Below, in pieces: positions 1 through 8,386 of a stretch of DNA of 32,756 bases. The notes beneath the pieces are model-generated. The model searched no databases, was not told where the DNA came from, and saw only the letters and a list, made by a program, of their open reading frames with translations. The position numbers and the translations under genes are program-made. This stretch comes from Spirochaetaceae bacterium (GTDB lineage: Bacteria > Spirochaetota > Spirochaetia > DSM-27196 > SLST01), in NCBI GenBank assembly GCA_007129695.1, contig SKVA01000418.1, positions 1 to 32,756 of the forward strand, written 5' to 3'. Positions within the stretch are counted from its first letter, which is position 1; every line of letters begins with the position of its first letter.

Positions 1-2746
1 CCCGCTCCTTGAGCGCGCGGACGAGCACGGCCTGTTGACTGTTCAGTGTCGCGCTCCCCAGACCGACCGCAATCATCGCCACCACCGACACGACGAGGAT
101 CACGACGAAGAACGCGAACTTCGCACGAAGACCGATTCCTCTTTGTTTCATCTGCGCAATCCTCTCTTCCCGCCTTTCGATGAGTCCGGGTTGGCTCGAT
201 ATGAGCGCACGCGCTTCCATCTGGAGCTGGACGCCCTCGCGCGCTATCGCAACCACACGGCCGCCCGACAGAAGCGCGATCGTTGCGATCAGCGCGATCA
301 CCACCCATGCGATGAAGCCCGGCGGCGTGATACGGAACAGCCGTGCGGTATCGGCCACAAGCGTCTGACCAACGAGCACCGTGAAGTCGCCGAACTTCAC
401 CGTGCCGTTGCGTTCGATCGTAAGGCGTGTATCGAAGAACCGCATCCCGCGCTCGGTGTGGAACAGTCCGATCAGGTAGTCGCCGCTCGATATGTTGTCC
501 AGAAGCGGCCCCGCCATCGTGCGGTCGGAGAAGACCCGGAAGCCGGGGCTGTCCTCATCGAAGACGTAGTCGTAGGGGGGGCTACCGTCGCGGTCCAGAA
601 CGATCCGGCTGATCCGACCGTCGGCGGTGAAGCCTCGGCCGACGATGTCGAGCGCGTAGCGGCCGAGAATGTCGGGCACCGCTGCGACTGTCGTGATGAT
701 GGTGACCGGGATGTACTTGTTCATCCGGACGTAGAGTACCGCCGGCGGGCCGACGTTACCAACCGAGTCGACCGCTCGGACGGTCAGCGCCCACAGTCCG
801 TTGTCGTGGTTATCGCGAGCGATCGCCGGTTCGGTGTGCCGAGTGCCGGGACGCGGTTCGACCACTGGGAGCGTGCGGACGTCGACGTCGGTTCCGTGCG
901 GCCCTACGTAGACCAGATCCGAAATGTAGCTCGATACCACCTCAGGCCCACCGTCGACGTCGACATCGGGCGGATTCCACGTCAGACGGAAGGTATTGGA
1001 CGTGAGGAACCCCTCCTCGTCGAGCCTCGGCGTGTTGAATCTCACGCGCGCCGGCGGCGTCGTATCGCGGACGAAGGTTGCCGTTGTAACGGGGGACCAG
1101 TTACCCGCGCGGTCGAGCGCGCGTATTCGCAGAAACCACTCGCCGTCGTCGTCCGCCGGGAAGACCGCCGTGGTCGACGGGACCGCGTTCTGCGCGGGCA
1201 CCGGTTCGTCCGGGTCGCGCGTCCACACGTAACGGTAGCCGACGATCCCCGACGCGTCGGGCGCCGGGGTCCACGCGAAGGCGGCATTGTTTTCGGCGCT
1301 GCGCCGACCGACCGTGAAGTTCACACCACGAACGATCGGGGGCAACGCGCGCTGATCGGGCTCAAGATAGACGATACGGGTCGGGCGCCCCGGCGTGTTG
1401 TCGCTTCGGCTGTGCCAGAAGAAGTGCAGGCGTCCGCCAACCCGCGCTCCGGTCGGCGACGCGCCAAACTGACGCACGGAAGCGACCACTCTGCGCCAGC
1501 CGGAGGCGTCTCGTTCGAACAGCAGCACGTCACCGCCTCGCGCCGGATCGGTGACACCCACCAGGTAGAATCGCCCGTCGAGCGTTTCGATTCGCGGCTG
1601 ACTATGTGCAACCCGTGCGTCCGCCCGACGAACCGTCGAAGCCGTGAGGAGTTCGATCGCGTCGGTGAGATTCCCCGACCGGTTTGCCCGCGCAAAGGCG
1701 AGCTGCGGGACGTTGGCTGTCTCGCGCCTGTAGGCGGCTTCGAACGCGACTCCGATTTCGGTCCCGTCGGAAACCGCCGATGGCCGACGCATAACCAGGT
1801 CGGCGTAGTTTGCGGCGCCGATGCGGTTCTGCGGTCGATCGGTCACGCGCAGGTAGAAGTGCGGGATGAGCGCCCCTTCAAGGTCGAGGAGCGGTATGTC
1901 GACCGACACCCCCTCGCGCGGAGCGTGAGCTCTGTTCCCGGCCGGATCGGAGGCGCCCCACGTTGCGCCGCTGTCGTCGGTGTAGATCGCGTACAGTTGC
2001 GGTGTATCGGGGACCGCGGGTTCGGTCAGACGACCATCGGCGTCGCGCGGCGGACTCGGAGGCACGATGTTCTCCCCGACGAAGAAGAACACGTCGCGTC
2101 CACCGACCGCGACGTGAGCGACGTCGCTCTGTGGGCCGGTCTGTCCGGCATCAGCGGGCAGCGCGAGCAACCCCGGCCATTCGTCTCCGGTCCGGCTATA
2201 CGCGTAGACGATCCGGTTCGCAGCCGCATCGAGCCGCTCAAATGTCAGGAACCATCCGCCATTGGCCGCGGGGAACACCGCGGGCGCAACAAGGCGGATC
2301 TCACCCGGGATCGAGTGAACCACCCGAAACGGCTTGTCAGGAGCGTCGGCGATCCTGACGCGTATGAGCGTGGCTCCTTCACCGTCACCGGTCTGTTGGT
2401 AGTTCAGCGTCACGATCGCGACGGCTCCGTCGGGCGCGACCGCCATATCAAAGACGGGAGGAACCGACGTCCCCTCAAAACGCAGACCTTCGGCGACGAC
2501 GGTCGGATCGCTCCACATCAGCCCGTCTGTCGTCCAACGAACGATCACGCGAAGACTCCGGTTGCCCTCTTCTCCGACGATCTGCTGGTACGCGAGTATC
2601 GCACCGTCGCGGTGCGATGCGACCTTCGGAAAACGGAAGTCGACGGCGGTGAAGCCGACCGGAGGCTCGAAGAACACGTTCTGGGCAAAACCATGAGCGC
2701 CCGCGAGAACCAACAGGAATGACAGGATCAGGCGTCTCACCACCAC
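1..2746 (-). CDS. Large secreted/membrane-anchored sensor-like protein, N-terminal ~915 aa only. Contains a BNR/Asp-box propeller-like region, two Fn3/Ig-like modules, an IPT/TIG-like module and two TM helices. The 3' end lies beyond the left window edge.
   Basis: Absent from the ORF track because it runs off the edge. By hand translation, the minus frame anchored at 2746 is open down to nt 1. GTG GTG GTG (2746/2743/2740) follows the TAG stop (2750-2752) of the upstream gene. The product starts VVRRLILSFLLVLAGAHGFAQ, a signal peptide. Asp-box motifs are YTDDSGATWG (1955-1984) and RWTTDGLMWSDP. Two modules end in RALDRAGNWSP and RAVDSVGNVGPP. These are followed by hydrophobic helices FIAWVVIALIATIALLSGG and FAFFVVILVVSVVAMIAVGLG. 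Third codon positions are G/C-rich. Confidence 0.75.
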   Translation of the reverse strand, partial: MVVRRLILSFLLVLAGAHGFAQNVFFEPPVGFTAVDFRFPKVASHRDGAILAYQQIVGEEGNRSLRVIVRWTTDGLMWSDPTVVAEGLRFEGTSVPPVFDMAVAPDGAVAIVTLNYQQTGDGEGATLIRVRIADAPDKPFRVVHSIPGEIRLVAPAVFPAANGGWFLTFERLDAAANRIVYAYSRTGDEWPGLLALPADAGQTGPQSDVAHVAVGGRDVFFFVGENIVPPSPPRDADGRLTEPAVPDTPQLYAIYTDDSGATWGASDPAGNRAHAPREGVSVDIPLLDLEGALIPHFYLRVTDRPQNRIGAANYADLVMRRPSAVSDGTEIGVAFEAAYRRETANVPQLAFARANRSGNLTDAIELLTASTVRRADARVAHSQPRIETLDGRFYLVGVTDPARGGDVLLFERDASGWRRVVASVRQFGASPTGARVGGRLHFFWHSRSDNTPGRPTRIVYLEPDQRALPPIVRGVNFTVGRRSAENNAAFAWTPAPDASGIVGYRYVWTRDPDEPVPAQNAVPSTTAVFPADDDGEWFLRIRALDRAGNWSPVTTATFVRDTTPPARVRFNTPRLDEEGFLTSNTFRLTWNPPDVDVDGGPEVVSSYISDLVYVGPHGTDVDVRTLPVVEPRPGTRHTEPAIARDNHDNGLWALTVRAVDSVGNVGPPAVLYVRMNKYIPVTIITTVAAVPDILGRYALDIVGRGFTADGRISRIVLDRDGSPPYDYVFDEDSPGFRVFSDRTMAGPLLDNISSGDYLIGLFHTERGMRFFDTRLTIERNGTVKFGDFTVLVGQTLVADTARLFRITPPGFIAWVVIALIATIALLSGGRVVAIAREGVQLQMEARALISSQPGLIERREERIAQMKQRGIGLRAKFAFFVVILVVSVVAMIAVGLGSATLNSQQAVLVRALKER

Positions 2747-2749
2747 AGA

Positions 2750-5700
2750 CTATCCGGCCCGCTGTCGCCTGCGCAAGTCGTTGTAGAGCCGGTTGAACTC
2801 GAGATCGCGCGCAGCGTTCGGGTTCTCGATCAGGTACCGGTCCATCAGCGTCAACGCCTGTGCGAACTGGCCCTGCGCGAGCAGCTCGCGCGCCTGACGC
2901 AGAACCGCGGTACCCTGCGCGTCGAGGTAGGTCTGCGTAGGTGCGTTGGGCAGCGCGAGCGCTCGGCGGTGAGCCGTGAGTGCCCGCTGATAGCCGGGAT
3001 AGATGTCGAGCGCCTCGTTGAGCAGCCGTAGTATCTGTTCAATCTGCGCGGTCGGGAGCACTGCCCAGTCGCCGAACCCCTCTGCCTGGTCGATTCTTCG
3101 GTCTGCCTCGGCACGAATGTCGGGGGGCGGCGGCGGAATCTGAACCGGCGGACGGAGGATCGGATCGAGCTGCGCGATGAGGCGGCGGATCTCGGTGACG
3201 GTCGCCGCAGACACACCGGCGACTTCGCTGACGACCTCGAGGATCGCCGACAGTCGGGACTCGAGCTCGAGCAACCCGTCGAACTGGTCGTCTGAGATCT
3301 GGCGGGAGCTCAGCTGCGCGCGCGTCACATCGGCGTCGGAGAGAGCACCGTTGAGGAGATTCTGTACGACGCGGTCGGGGGCTTCGGCGGCGACGGCGAG
3401 CGCGAGGCGTACCTCGAGCAGTCTCGCCTGGAAGTTCAGCGGTTGTTCGGTGAAGAACAGACCGAGCGCCTGCTCGGCGGTACCGTACGATCCGTCGCGA
3501 TACGCGCCCCACGCGGTGTTGAGGATCTGGCTCAGACGGGAGAACCCGGGCAGATCCTCGCGCAGCACCTGCTCGGACTCCTGGCTGTACGCGGTACGCG
3601 CGAGCCGAAGCAGCGCGGTGAGACTCGGATTCTGCTGCGTCGGGAAGACGTTCTCCCAGATCACCAATCCCTCTTCCAGCATATCGAGCGCGTCCAACCA
3701 CTGCTGGTTGTCCACGAGTGGTCGCGCGTCATCGACCATCTGGTCGACGCGCGTGAATACGATCGATCGCTGCGCCGACACGATCAGCGTGTTCACCCGC
3801 TCGCGCTCGGAGTTCCAGAACTGCTCGAGCGAAGCGCGATACCAGTTGGAGAGGCTCTCTTCGAAGAGCGTGCTTGCGTCCTGGACCGCAGGGTTATCGG
3901 TACTCAGCAGTAGTGTCGCGCGCCCGAGGAGTTCGCTCGCCGTCTGGATGTCGCCGGCGCTGTTCGCCGTTTGTGCGGCGCCGATCTCCTGTTCAACCTC
4001 TACCAGACGCGCGCGACCGGCTCGCTCGAGCTGCTCGGCTTCGGCAACCCGTGCGAGCGCCTGCTCCATCAAGCCAATCGCCGTCGCAGTCAGTCCGGTC
4101 TGCGCCGAACCTACCGTCGTCACGATGCGTCGCGCGTTGTCAATATGCGCCTGTACTCTAGCGTCGGACCGGACGTACGCCTGATCGCCCTCGAGCCGGG
4201 TGATCAGATCGGAAGCGTCGCGTCGCAGACGGTCAAGATCACCCGCCGTCAGATTGGTGACCCGCACGCCGGTCACCCCTCCGACAAGCGGCCTGAGGCG
4301 GTCGCGAGCCTCTCCTGAGCGCGGGCGCGCGATCGTGATCCCGGCCACCTGGACCGTCGCGTTGAGATCGGTCCGCGACGCGCTGATCGCCGTCTGCATC
4401 GACGACAACCGCGTCTGAAAGTCGCGCAGATCGATCGTAGCGATCTGATCGACGATGTCGGTCTCGTAACGCTCGACGCGGGAGATACGGTTTTCTACGT
4501 ACGTCGCATGGAAGGCGGCGTGATCGGTGCGGATCTGCGCGGGGAGCGCGTTCCATTCGGCGAGACCCGACCGCAAGCGTGCAAGCGGCGACCGAAGCGA
4601 TTCGCGTTGGGCCACCAGTGGCGTGGTAGTGGTCTGCGATGCCAGGGGTGTCGCTGCGCGATACGCGACATCTGCCTCCCTGACGATCGCGACAAGCTGT
4701 TCGGCCGATGCGGCACGGATCGCTGCCTCGGTCAACGTGTCCCTGATCGGACCCGAGTCGAGCGTCGCGATCGAATCCAGAACCTCTCGCCACGCAGCCG
4801 CGGTTGCGGCGGGGGGCCCGTCCGTTGCGTCGGCGGGCGCGTCGACCGGTAGATCGTTTGCGGTGCTCTGAACCTCGATCGCGGTTCGCGATGCGAGCGC
4901 GACCGCATCGGCAAGCCGCACCACGTCCTGCACGTGGGACGCCACGAGCGCGTTGCTGCCGGGAGCGCGTACGGTGTCCCAGTCGAAGCCGGTCACCGCT
5001 TGCTGCAGACGAACATAGTTGTCGAGCGCGAAGGTCTGCGCGGCCGCGACCGGCTCTTCTGCGACCAGTTTGCGGACGGTATCGATCGACGCGAGGATGC
5101 CCTCCGCGCGGCGATCGCCCGTACCGGTTCGGCGCCCGAGCACCAGATCCGACACGAACCGAATGTGCCAGTCGTACGCGTACCCGTCGTCGGTGAGCAG
5201 GCGCTCCGCGTTCAGTCGTTCCTGCTCCGCGATGACGACGGCCGCGTCGCGGACGTCACGGAAGATCCGCGAAATCGCGCGCAGCTGCGGCAGGTACTCG
5301 GCGATCTGCCGTTGGGCGTCGGCGAAGTCTCCCGCGGCGAACGCGATGGTCATTTCATCTGCCTGCGCGCGGGCGTTCGAAGAGACAACAGTGAATGGCG
5401 CCTCGGTGGGATCGCCTTCGGAGCGGCCGGCAGCAACGACTCGTACTGCCTCGCGTGCGGATGCGAACAGCTCGGCGTCGATCCCGGTGCGCACGGTTTC
5501 GAACAGACCGCGCTGCAGATCGAGCCCGCTTTCCAGTCGGATCAACTCCTGCTGCTCCGGAGTCAGGGCGATCGGCTCCTCATCGGGGCCGTCGACGTAG
5601 ATCCGTACCGCGGCCACGAAGTCACCTGCGCGAAAGGCTTCGGCCGCGATCTGCATCAGCGCACGGAAGCGGCGCTGATCGATTGTGAGCTGCACACGGA

Positions 5701-6136
5701 ACTGCAGCTCGCTGATCAGCGCCGCGTCCTCTGGGTTCGGGTTCGGGATGATGTCGCGCATAGCGGCGATCGACGTGAGCGCCGCGATTGCTCGCGGCAC
5801 GACTTCGTCGGGGGGGATGTCGTCTTCGAGGAGCGCCCGCAGCTCGCGTTCGACTTCGCGACCGCGTTCGACGTACGCGCGCCGCGCCTGGCGGATCGCT
5901 TCGAATCGAGTTTCGGCAGCAGGGAGCTCTTCCTCGTCGTCTTCGACGATCCGGATCAGATCACCTACAGCCGCGTCGTAGTCCTGCTCGCGTATTCGCT
6001 GATCTGCGGCCGCCTTGCGTGCCTCGATGCTCTGCGCGATCACCTCGAGTCGAGCGGCGACTTCGTCGGGGTTCTCCTGCTGGCCTGTCGCCGACACACG
6101 AACTGCGCCGCAGACGAAAACGAGCGCAAGTAGCAC
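2750..6136 (-). CDS. 1128-aa secreted all-alpha protein with dispersed TPR-like repeats; function unknown.
   Basis: Long ORF with normal composition. N-terminal hydrophobic segment LLALVFVCGAVRVSA-TG. Repeated TPR-like signatures: QDYDAAVGDLIRIV, AGDFVAAVRIYVDG, AGDFADAQRQIAEY, QGQFAQALTLMDRYLIENP. The stop TAG lies 3 nt before the GTG of the next gene. The true start may be CTG 6166, which has GGAGG 7 nt upstream. Confidence 0.8.
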   Translation of the reverse strand: MLLALVFVCGAVRVSATGQQENPDEVAARLEVIAQSIEARKAAADQRIREQDYDAAVGDLIRIVEDDEEELPAAETRFEAIRQARRAYVERGREVERELRALLEDDIPPDEVVPRAIAALTSIAAMRDIIPNPNPEDAALISELQFRVQLTIDQRRFRALMQIAAEAFRAGDFVAAVRIYVDGPDEEPIALTPEQQELIRLESGLDLQRGLFETVRTGIDAELFASAREAVRVVAAGRSEGDPTEAPFTVVSSNARAQADEMTIAFAAGDFADAQRQIAEYLPQLRAISRIFRDVRDAAVVIAEQERLNAERLLTDDGYAYDWHIRFVSDLVLGRRTGTGDRRAEGILASIDTVRKLVAEEPVAAAQTFALDNYVRLQQAVTGFDWDTVRAPGSNALVASHVQDVVRLADAVALASRTAIEVQSTANDLPVDAPADATDGPPAATAAAWREVLDSIATLDSGPIRDTLTEAAIRAASAEQLVAIVREADVAYRAATPLASQTTTTPLVAQRESLRSPLARLRSGLAEWNALPAQIRTDHAAFHATYVENRISRVERYETDIVDQIATIDLRDFQTRLSSMQTAISASRTDLNATVQVAGITIARPRSGEARDRLRPLVGGVTGVRVTNLTAGDLDRLRRDASDLITRLEGDQAYVRSDARVQAHIDNARRIVTTVGSAQTGLTATAIGLMEQALARVAEAEQLERAGRARLVEVEQEIGAAQTANSAGDIQTASELLGRATLLLSTDNPAVQDASTLFEESLSNWYRASLEQFWNSERERVNTLIVSAQRSIVFTRVDQMVDDARPLVDNQQWLDALDMLEEGLVIWENVFPTQQNPSLTALLRLARTAYSQESEQVLREDLPGFSRLSQILNTAWGAYRDGSYGTAEQALGLFFTEQPLNFQARLLEVRLALAVAAEAPDRVVQNLLNGALSDADVTRAQLSSRQISDDQFDGLLELESRLSAILEVVSEVAGVSAATVTEIRRLIAQLDPILRPPVQIPPPPPDIRAEADRRIDQAEGFGDWAVLPTAQIEQILRLLNEALDIYPGYQRALTAHRRALALPNAPTQTYLDAQGTAVLRQARELLAQGQFAQALTLMDRYLIENPNAARDLEFNRLYNDLRRRQRAG

Positions 6137-6286
6137 GAACGGCAGACGTCGTCGCGAAACGAGCAGTGGAGACCCTCCCCTTAGATAGTACTACAGGTAT
6201 CGACAAAAAAAAGCGCGACGCTGAGACGTCCCCCCGATCGCAGACTCACCCCGACGTGGATTCACGCCGATCTGAGGAGTATAATT

Positions 6287-7561
6287 GTGAGGGGAATGCG
6301 TATACCTCGGTTCATAGTCATACTAGTGTCGCTTGTTGCCGTCGCTCCGGGGTTTGCGGTCGAGTTCTCGGATATCTACGCGCGGCTCGGTCAATCGGGT
6401 GTAGATCGAGTCCGGAATACCGGTCTGACGATCTTTCCGACGCTGCTCATACCCGCCGGCGGCAGGTTCGAAGCGATGGGGCAGGCGTACACCGCGGTCG
6501 CGAGCGACGCGAGCTTTCTGGACGCCAACCCGGCGGCGAGCGCGTCGTTGTCGTTCACCGAACTGACCTTCGTGCACAACAACTGGATCGCCGACACGTC
6601 GATCGAAGGTGTCGGCTACGCGCGCAGGATCGGCGACTTCGGGTTCGGTGTCGGCGGCAAGTTTCTCCATGTGCCGTTCACCGAGTACACGACGACGACG
6701 CGTCAGGGCGGCAGCGGGCGCTACTCGGAAGGCACGGTAGGCGTAAACGCATCGTATAACTTCCTTCGGTCGTTCGTGTTTCCGGGTGTATCGGTCGGTG
6801 CGACGCTGAAGGCGGCGTACCGGATGATTCCTGAACAGATCGCCGCGGGTCAGTCCGCGGTTGGGGTGGCGGCCGACATCGGGCTGTTGTCGAGGTTCGA
6901 TCTACTGAAGGGTTTTTCGTCGCGCAGCCCAAACTTCGGGGCCGGACTCGCGCTTCGGAACTTCGGACCACCGGTCCGCGGTGAGCCGTTGCCGTCGCAG
7001 ATCGTCACCGGCGTCGCCTACTCACCGATCCGGCCGGTGACGGTCGCAACCGATCTCATCGTCCCCGTGTCGTTGGCGCCGGGCGTGCCCGCCGAACGGG
7101 TCGGGGGCGCCGCGGGAATGTCGGTTCGAGTTGCCCCGTTCTTCTCCGTGCAGTCCGGGATGCTTCTACGCTGGGGAGGGTCGCGCTTCTCGATGGGGGC
7201 GTCGCTTGAACTCGCCGATTTCAGCCTTGACGTCAACTACACCCTGGACCTTGCGACCCAGTTCCGTAATCTTGACCGGGTCAGCGTACAGGCCCGGGTC
7301 AACTTCGGCGACGAGGGACGCAAGGCGCTGCGCGATCTGGTGGACCGCTACTATCTGGACGCGTGGCGAGCGTCGGCGATCGGCAATCTCAACCTGGCGA
7401 TCGAGAAGAGCGCGCGCGCGCTCGAACTCGATCCCGGCTTCACGCCGGCCGAAGAGCTGCTTGCGATCAGTCTGTTGACCCGAGCGCTCCAGGAGGATCT
7501 GCGCGCGATTGATCTGGACAGCATCGCCGACCGCCTGGAAGACAGCCCCGACGTAGAGTGA
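6287..7561 (+). CDS. Outer-membrane beta-barrel protein, FadL/UPF0164 (PorV-like) type, with a C-terminal TPR extension.
   Basis: Signal peptide MRIPRFIVILVSLVAVAPGFA. N-terminal motif GGRFEAMGQAYTAVASDASFLDANPAASASL is typical of this barrel family. The body has alternating beta-strand-like sequence. The C-terminal helical tail includes a TPR-like AIGNLNLAIEKSARALELDPGF. GAGGAG lies 7 nt upstream of GTG 6287; ATG 6296 is an alternative start. Confidence 0.7.
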   Translation: MRGMRIPRFIVILVSLVAVAPGFAVEFSDIYARLGQSGVDRVRNTGLTIFPTLLIPAGGRFEAMGQAYTAVASDASFLDANPAASASLSFTELTFVHNNWIADTSIEGVGYARRIGDFGFGVGGKFLHVPFTEYTTTTRQGGSGRYSEGTVGVNASYNFLRSFVFPGVSVGATLKAAYRMIPEQIAAGQSAVGVAADIGLLSRFDLLKGFSSRSPNFGAGLALRNFGPPVRGEPLPSQIVTGVAYSPIRPVTVATDLIVPVSLAPGVPAERVGGAAGMSVRVAPFFSVQSGMLLRWGGSRFSMGASLELADFSLDVNYTLDLATQFRNLDRVSVQARVNFGDEGRKALRDLVDRYYLDAWRASAIGNLNLAIEKSARALELDPGFTPAEELLAISLLTRALQEDLRAIDLDSIADRLEDSPDVE

Positions 7562-7568
7562 CCGTAGA

Positions 7569-8351
7569 TCAGCTACCGCGTCCGGCTTTCTGCGTGAGTC
7601 TGTTATAGAGCGACAGCAGCGGTACATCGATCTTCTTCGACTCTAGCGAGCGTTGCAGCCCGTCTCGGCTACGCGTGTTGTTATCGCGTTGCGCACGGCG
7701 CAGCCGTTTTCTGGTCTGCTTGTACTCGTCGCCTGAGAGCATCGAATCGAGATAGTCGGTCATCTGCTGTAATTCGGGCTCGTAGCCGTCGATTCCCAGA
7801 GTCTCTCCGGTCTTGACAAGGCGTTCGACCGTCGACTCGACGGACTCATCCTCGCACTCGATGAGCAGTTCCTCTATCGACTTGATGAAGGGGCTTTCGG
7901 TGAAGACGATCTGGTCGACTCGAGTCCGCAGATCTATGCGCCGCTTGAGCGCCTCGTCCGACCGCATGTACTTCCGGCCGAGCAGGACGTACACGGCGAT
8001 CGACGCCGCGAGCGATATCACAAGCTCGTCGATCACGGGAACCGGATCTCGCACGACGATGCTCAGGAACAGAAACGCGACCAGGAACACCGCCGACGAC
8101 AGGAGAAAACGAGGGATGAACCGCGCGTCGGCGACCCAGACCTTCACCTCCTGCTCGACGATGCGGTAGAGCTCATTCCTGAAGAGCGTCAACGATTCGA
8201 CGCGGGGCTCGCGTCCGTAGTGTCCTACCACCGGATGCCTGGTCAACAGCGTGTGGACGCGTTCGGTCTTGCGAAACGGGTGGAGAAACAGCGAGACACC
8301 GTCCTTGCGATACACGTGGAAAACGTAGATCGGCTCACCGGCACTACCCAT
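7569..8351 (-). CDS. Hypothetical membrane protein: soluble N-terminal ~75 aa, two TM helices, acidic/helical C-terminal domain.
   Basis: ORF of 260 aa with a plausible composition. TM segments FLLSSAVFLVAFLFLSIVV and LVISLAASIAVYVLLG. A promoter-like element sits immediately upstream of the ATG. I recognise no family. Confidence 0.65.
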   Translation of the reverse strand: MGSAGEPIYVFHVYRKDGVSLFLHPFRKTERVHTLLTRHPVVGHYGREPRVESLTLFRNELYRIVEQEVKVWVADARFIPRFLLSSAVFLVAFLFLSIVVRDPVPVIDELVISLAASIAVYVLLGRKYMRSDEALKRRIDLRTRVDQIVFTESPFIKSIEELLIECEDESVESTVERLVKTGETLGIDGYEPELQQMTDYLDSMLSGDEYKQTRKRLRRAQRDNNTRSRDGLQRSLESKKIDVPLLSLYNRLTQKAGRGS

Positions 8352-8357
8352 AGCGAC

Positions 8358-8386
8358 AAAGTAGCGTGCTGCCCGGGGGCAGTCAA
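8358..8386 (-). promoter_or_regulatory. Sigma70-like promoter TTGACT-17-TACTTT, ending 6 nt before ATG 8351 (candidate leaderless mRNA).
   Basis: Read on the minus strand: ttcTTGACTgcccccgggcagcacgcTACTTTgtcgctATG. There is no Shine-Dalgarno between the -10 and the ATG. The -35 overlaps the TGA stop of the upstream ankyrin gene. Confidence 0.4.

Noticed and set aside
35-2722. 895-aa plus-strand ORF, the longest item in the ORF track for this region.
   Set aside because: Its Arg/His/Asp-rich translation has no motifs. It lies antisense to a minus-strand frame with a signal peptide, Asp-boxes and TM helices. This is a typical shadow ORF of GC-rich DNA.
6205-6212. A8/T8 homopolymer tract in the divergent intergenic region.
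   Set aside because: It has no adjacent hairpin, so it is not a terminator. It is not within a coding frame, so it is not a slippery site. It may be an UP-like element, but I could not pair it with convincing -35/-10 hexamers.
6280-6285. Perfect TATAAT immediately upstream of the FadL-like gene.
   Set aside because: It lies between a good GAGGAG SD and GTG 6287. Its -35 partner is poor (TGGATT), and the predicted TSS would fall between GTG 6287 and ATG 6296. I could not decide between a promoter and a chance A/T spacer, so I did not call it.
3177-6759. Plus-strand ORFs 3177-4184, 4934-6133, 5019-5600 and 5788-6759, opposite the 1128-aa gene.
   Set aside because: All are Arg/Ser/Ala-rich low-complexity translations antisense to a well-behaved gene. 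ORF 5788-6759 even runs through the divergent promoter region into the next gene in the wrong frame.
8369-8382. Short palindrome ctgccc-gg-gggcag just after the ankyrin stop, a possible terminator.
   Set aside because: The stem is at most 5-6 bp with a minimal loop and only a weak U-run. It also lies inside the spacer of the promoter-like element for the next gene.
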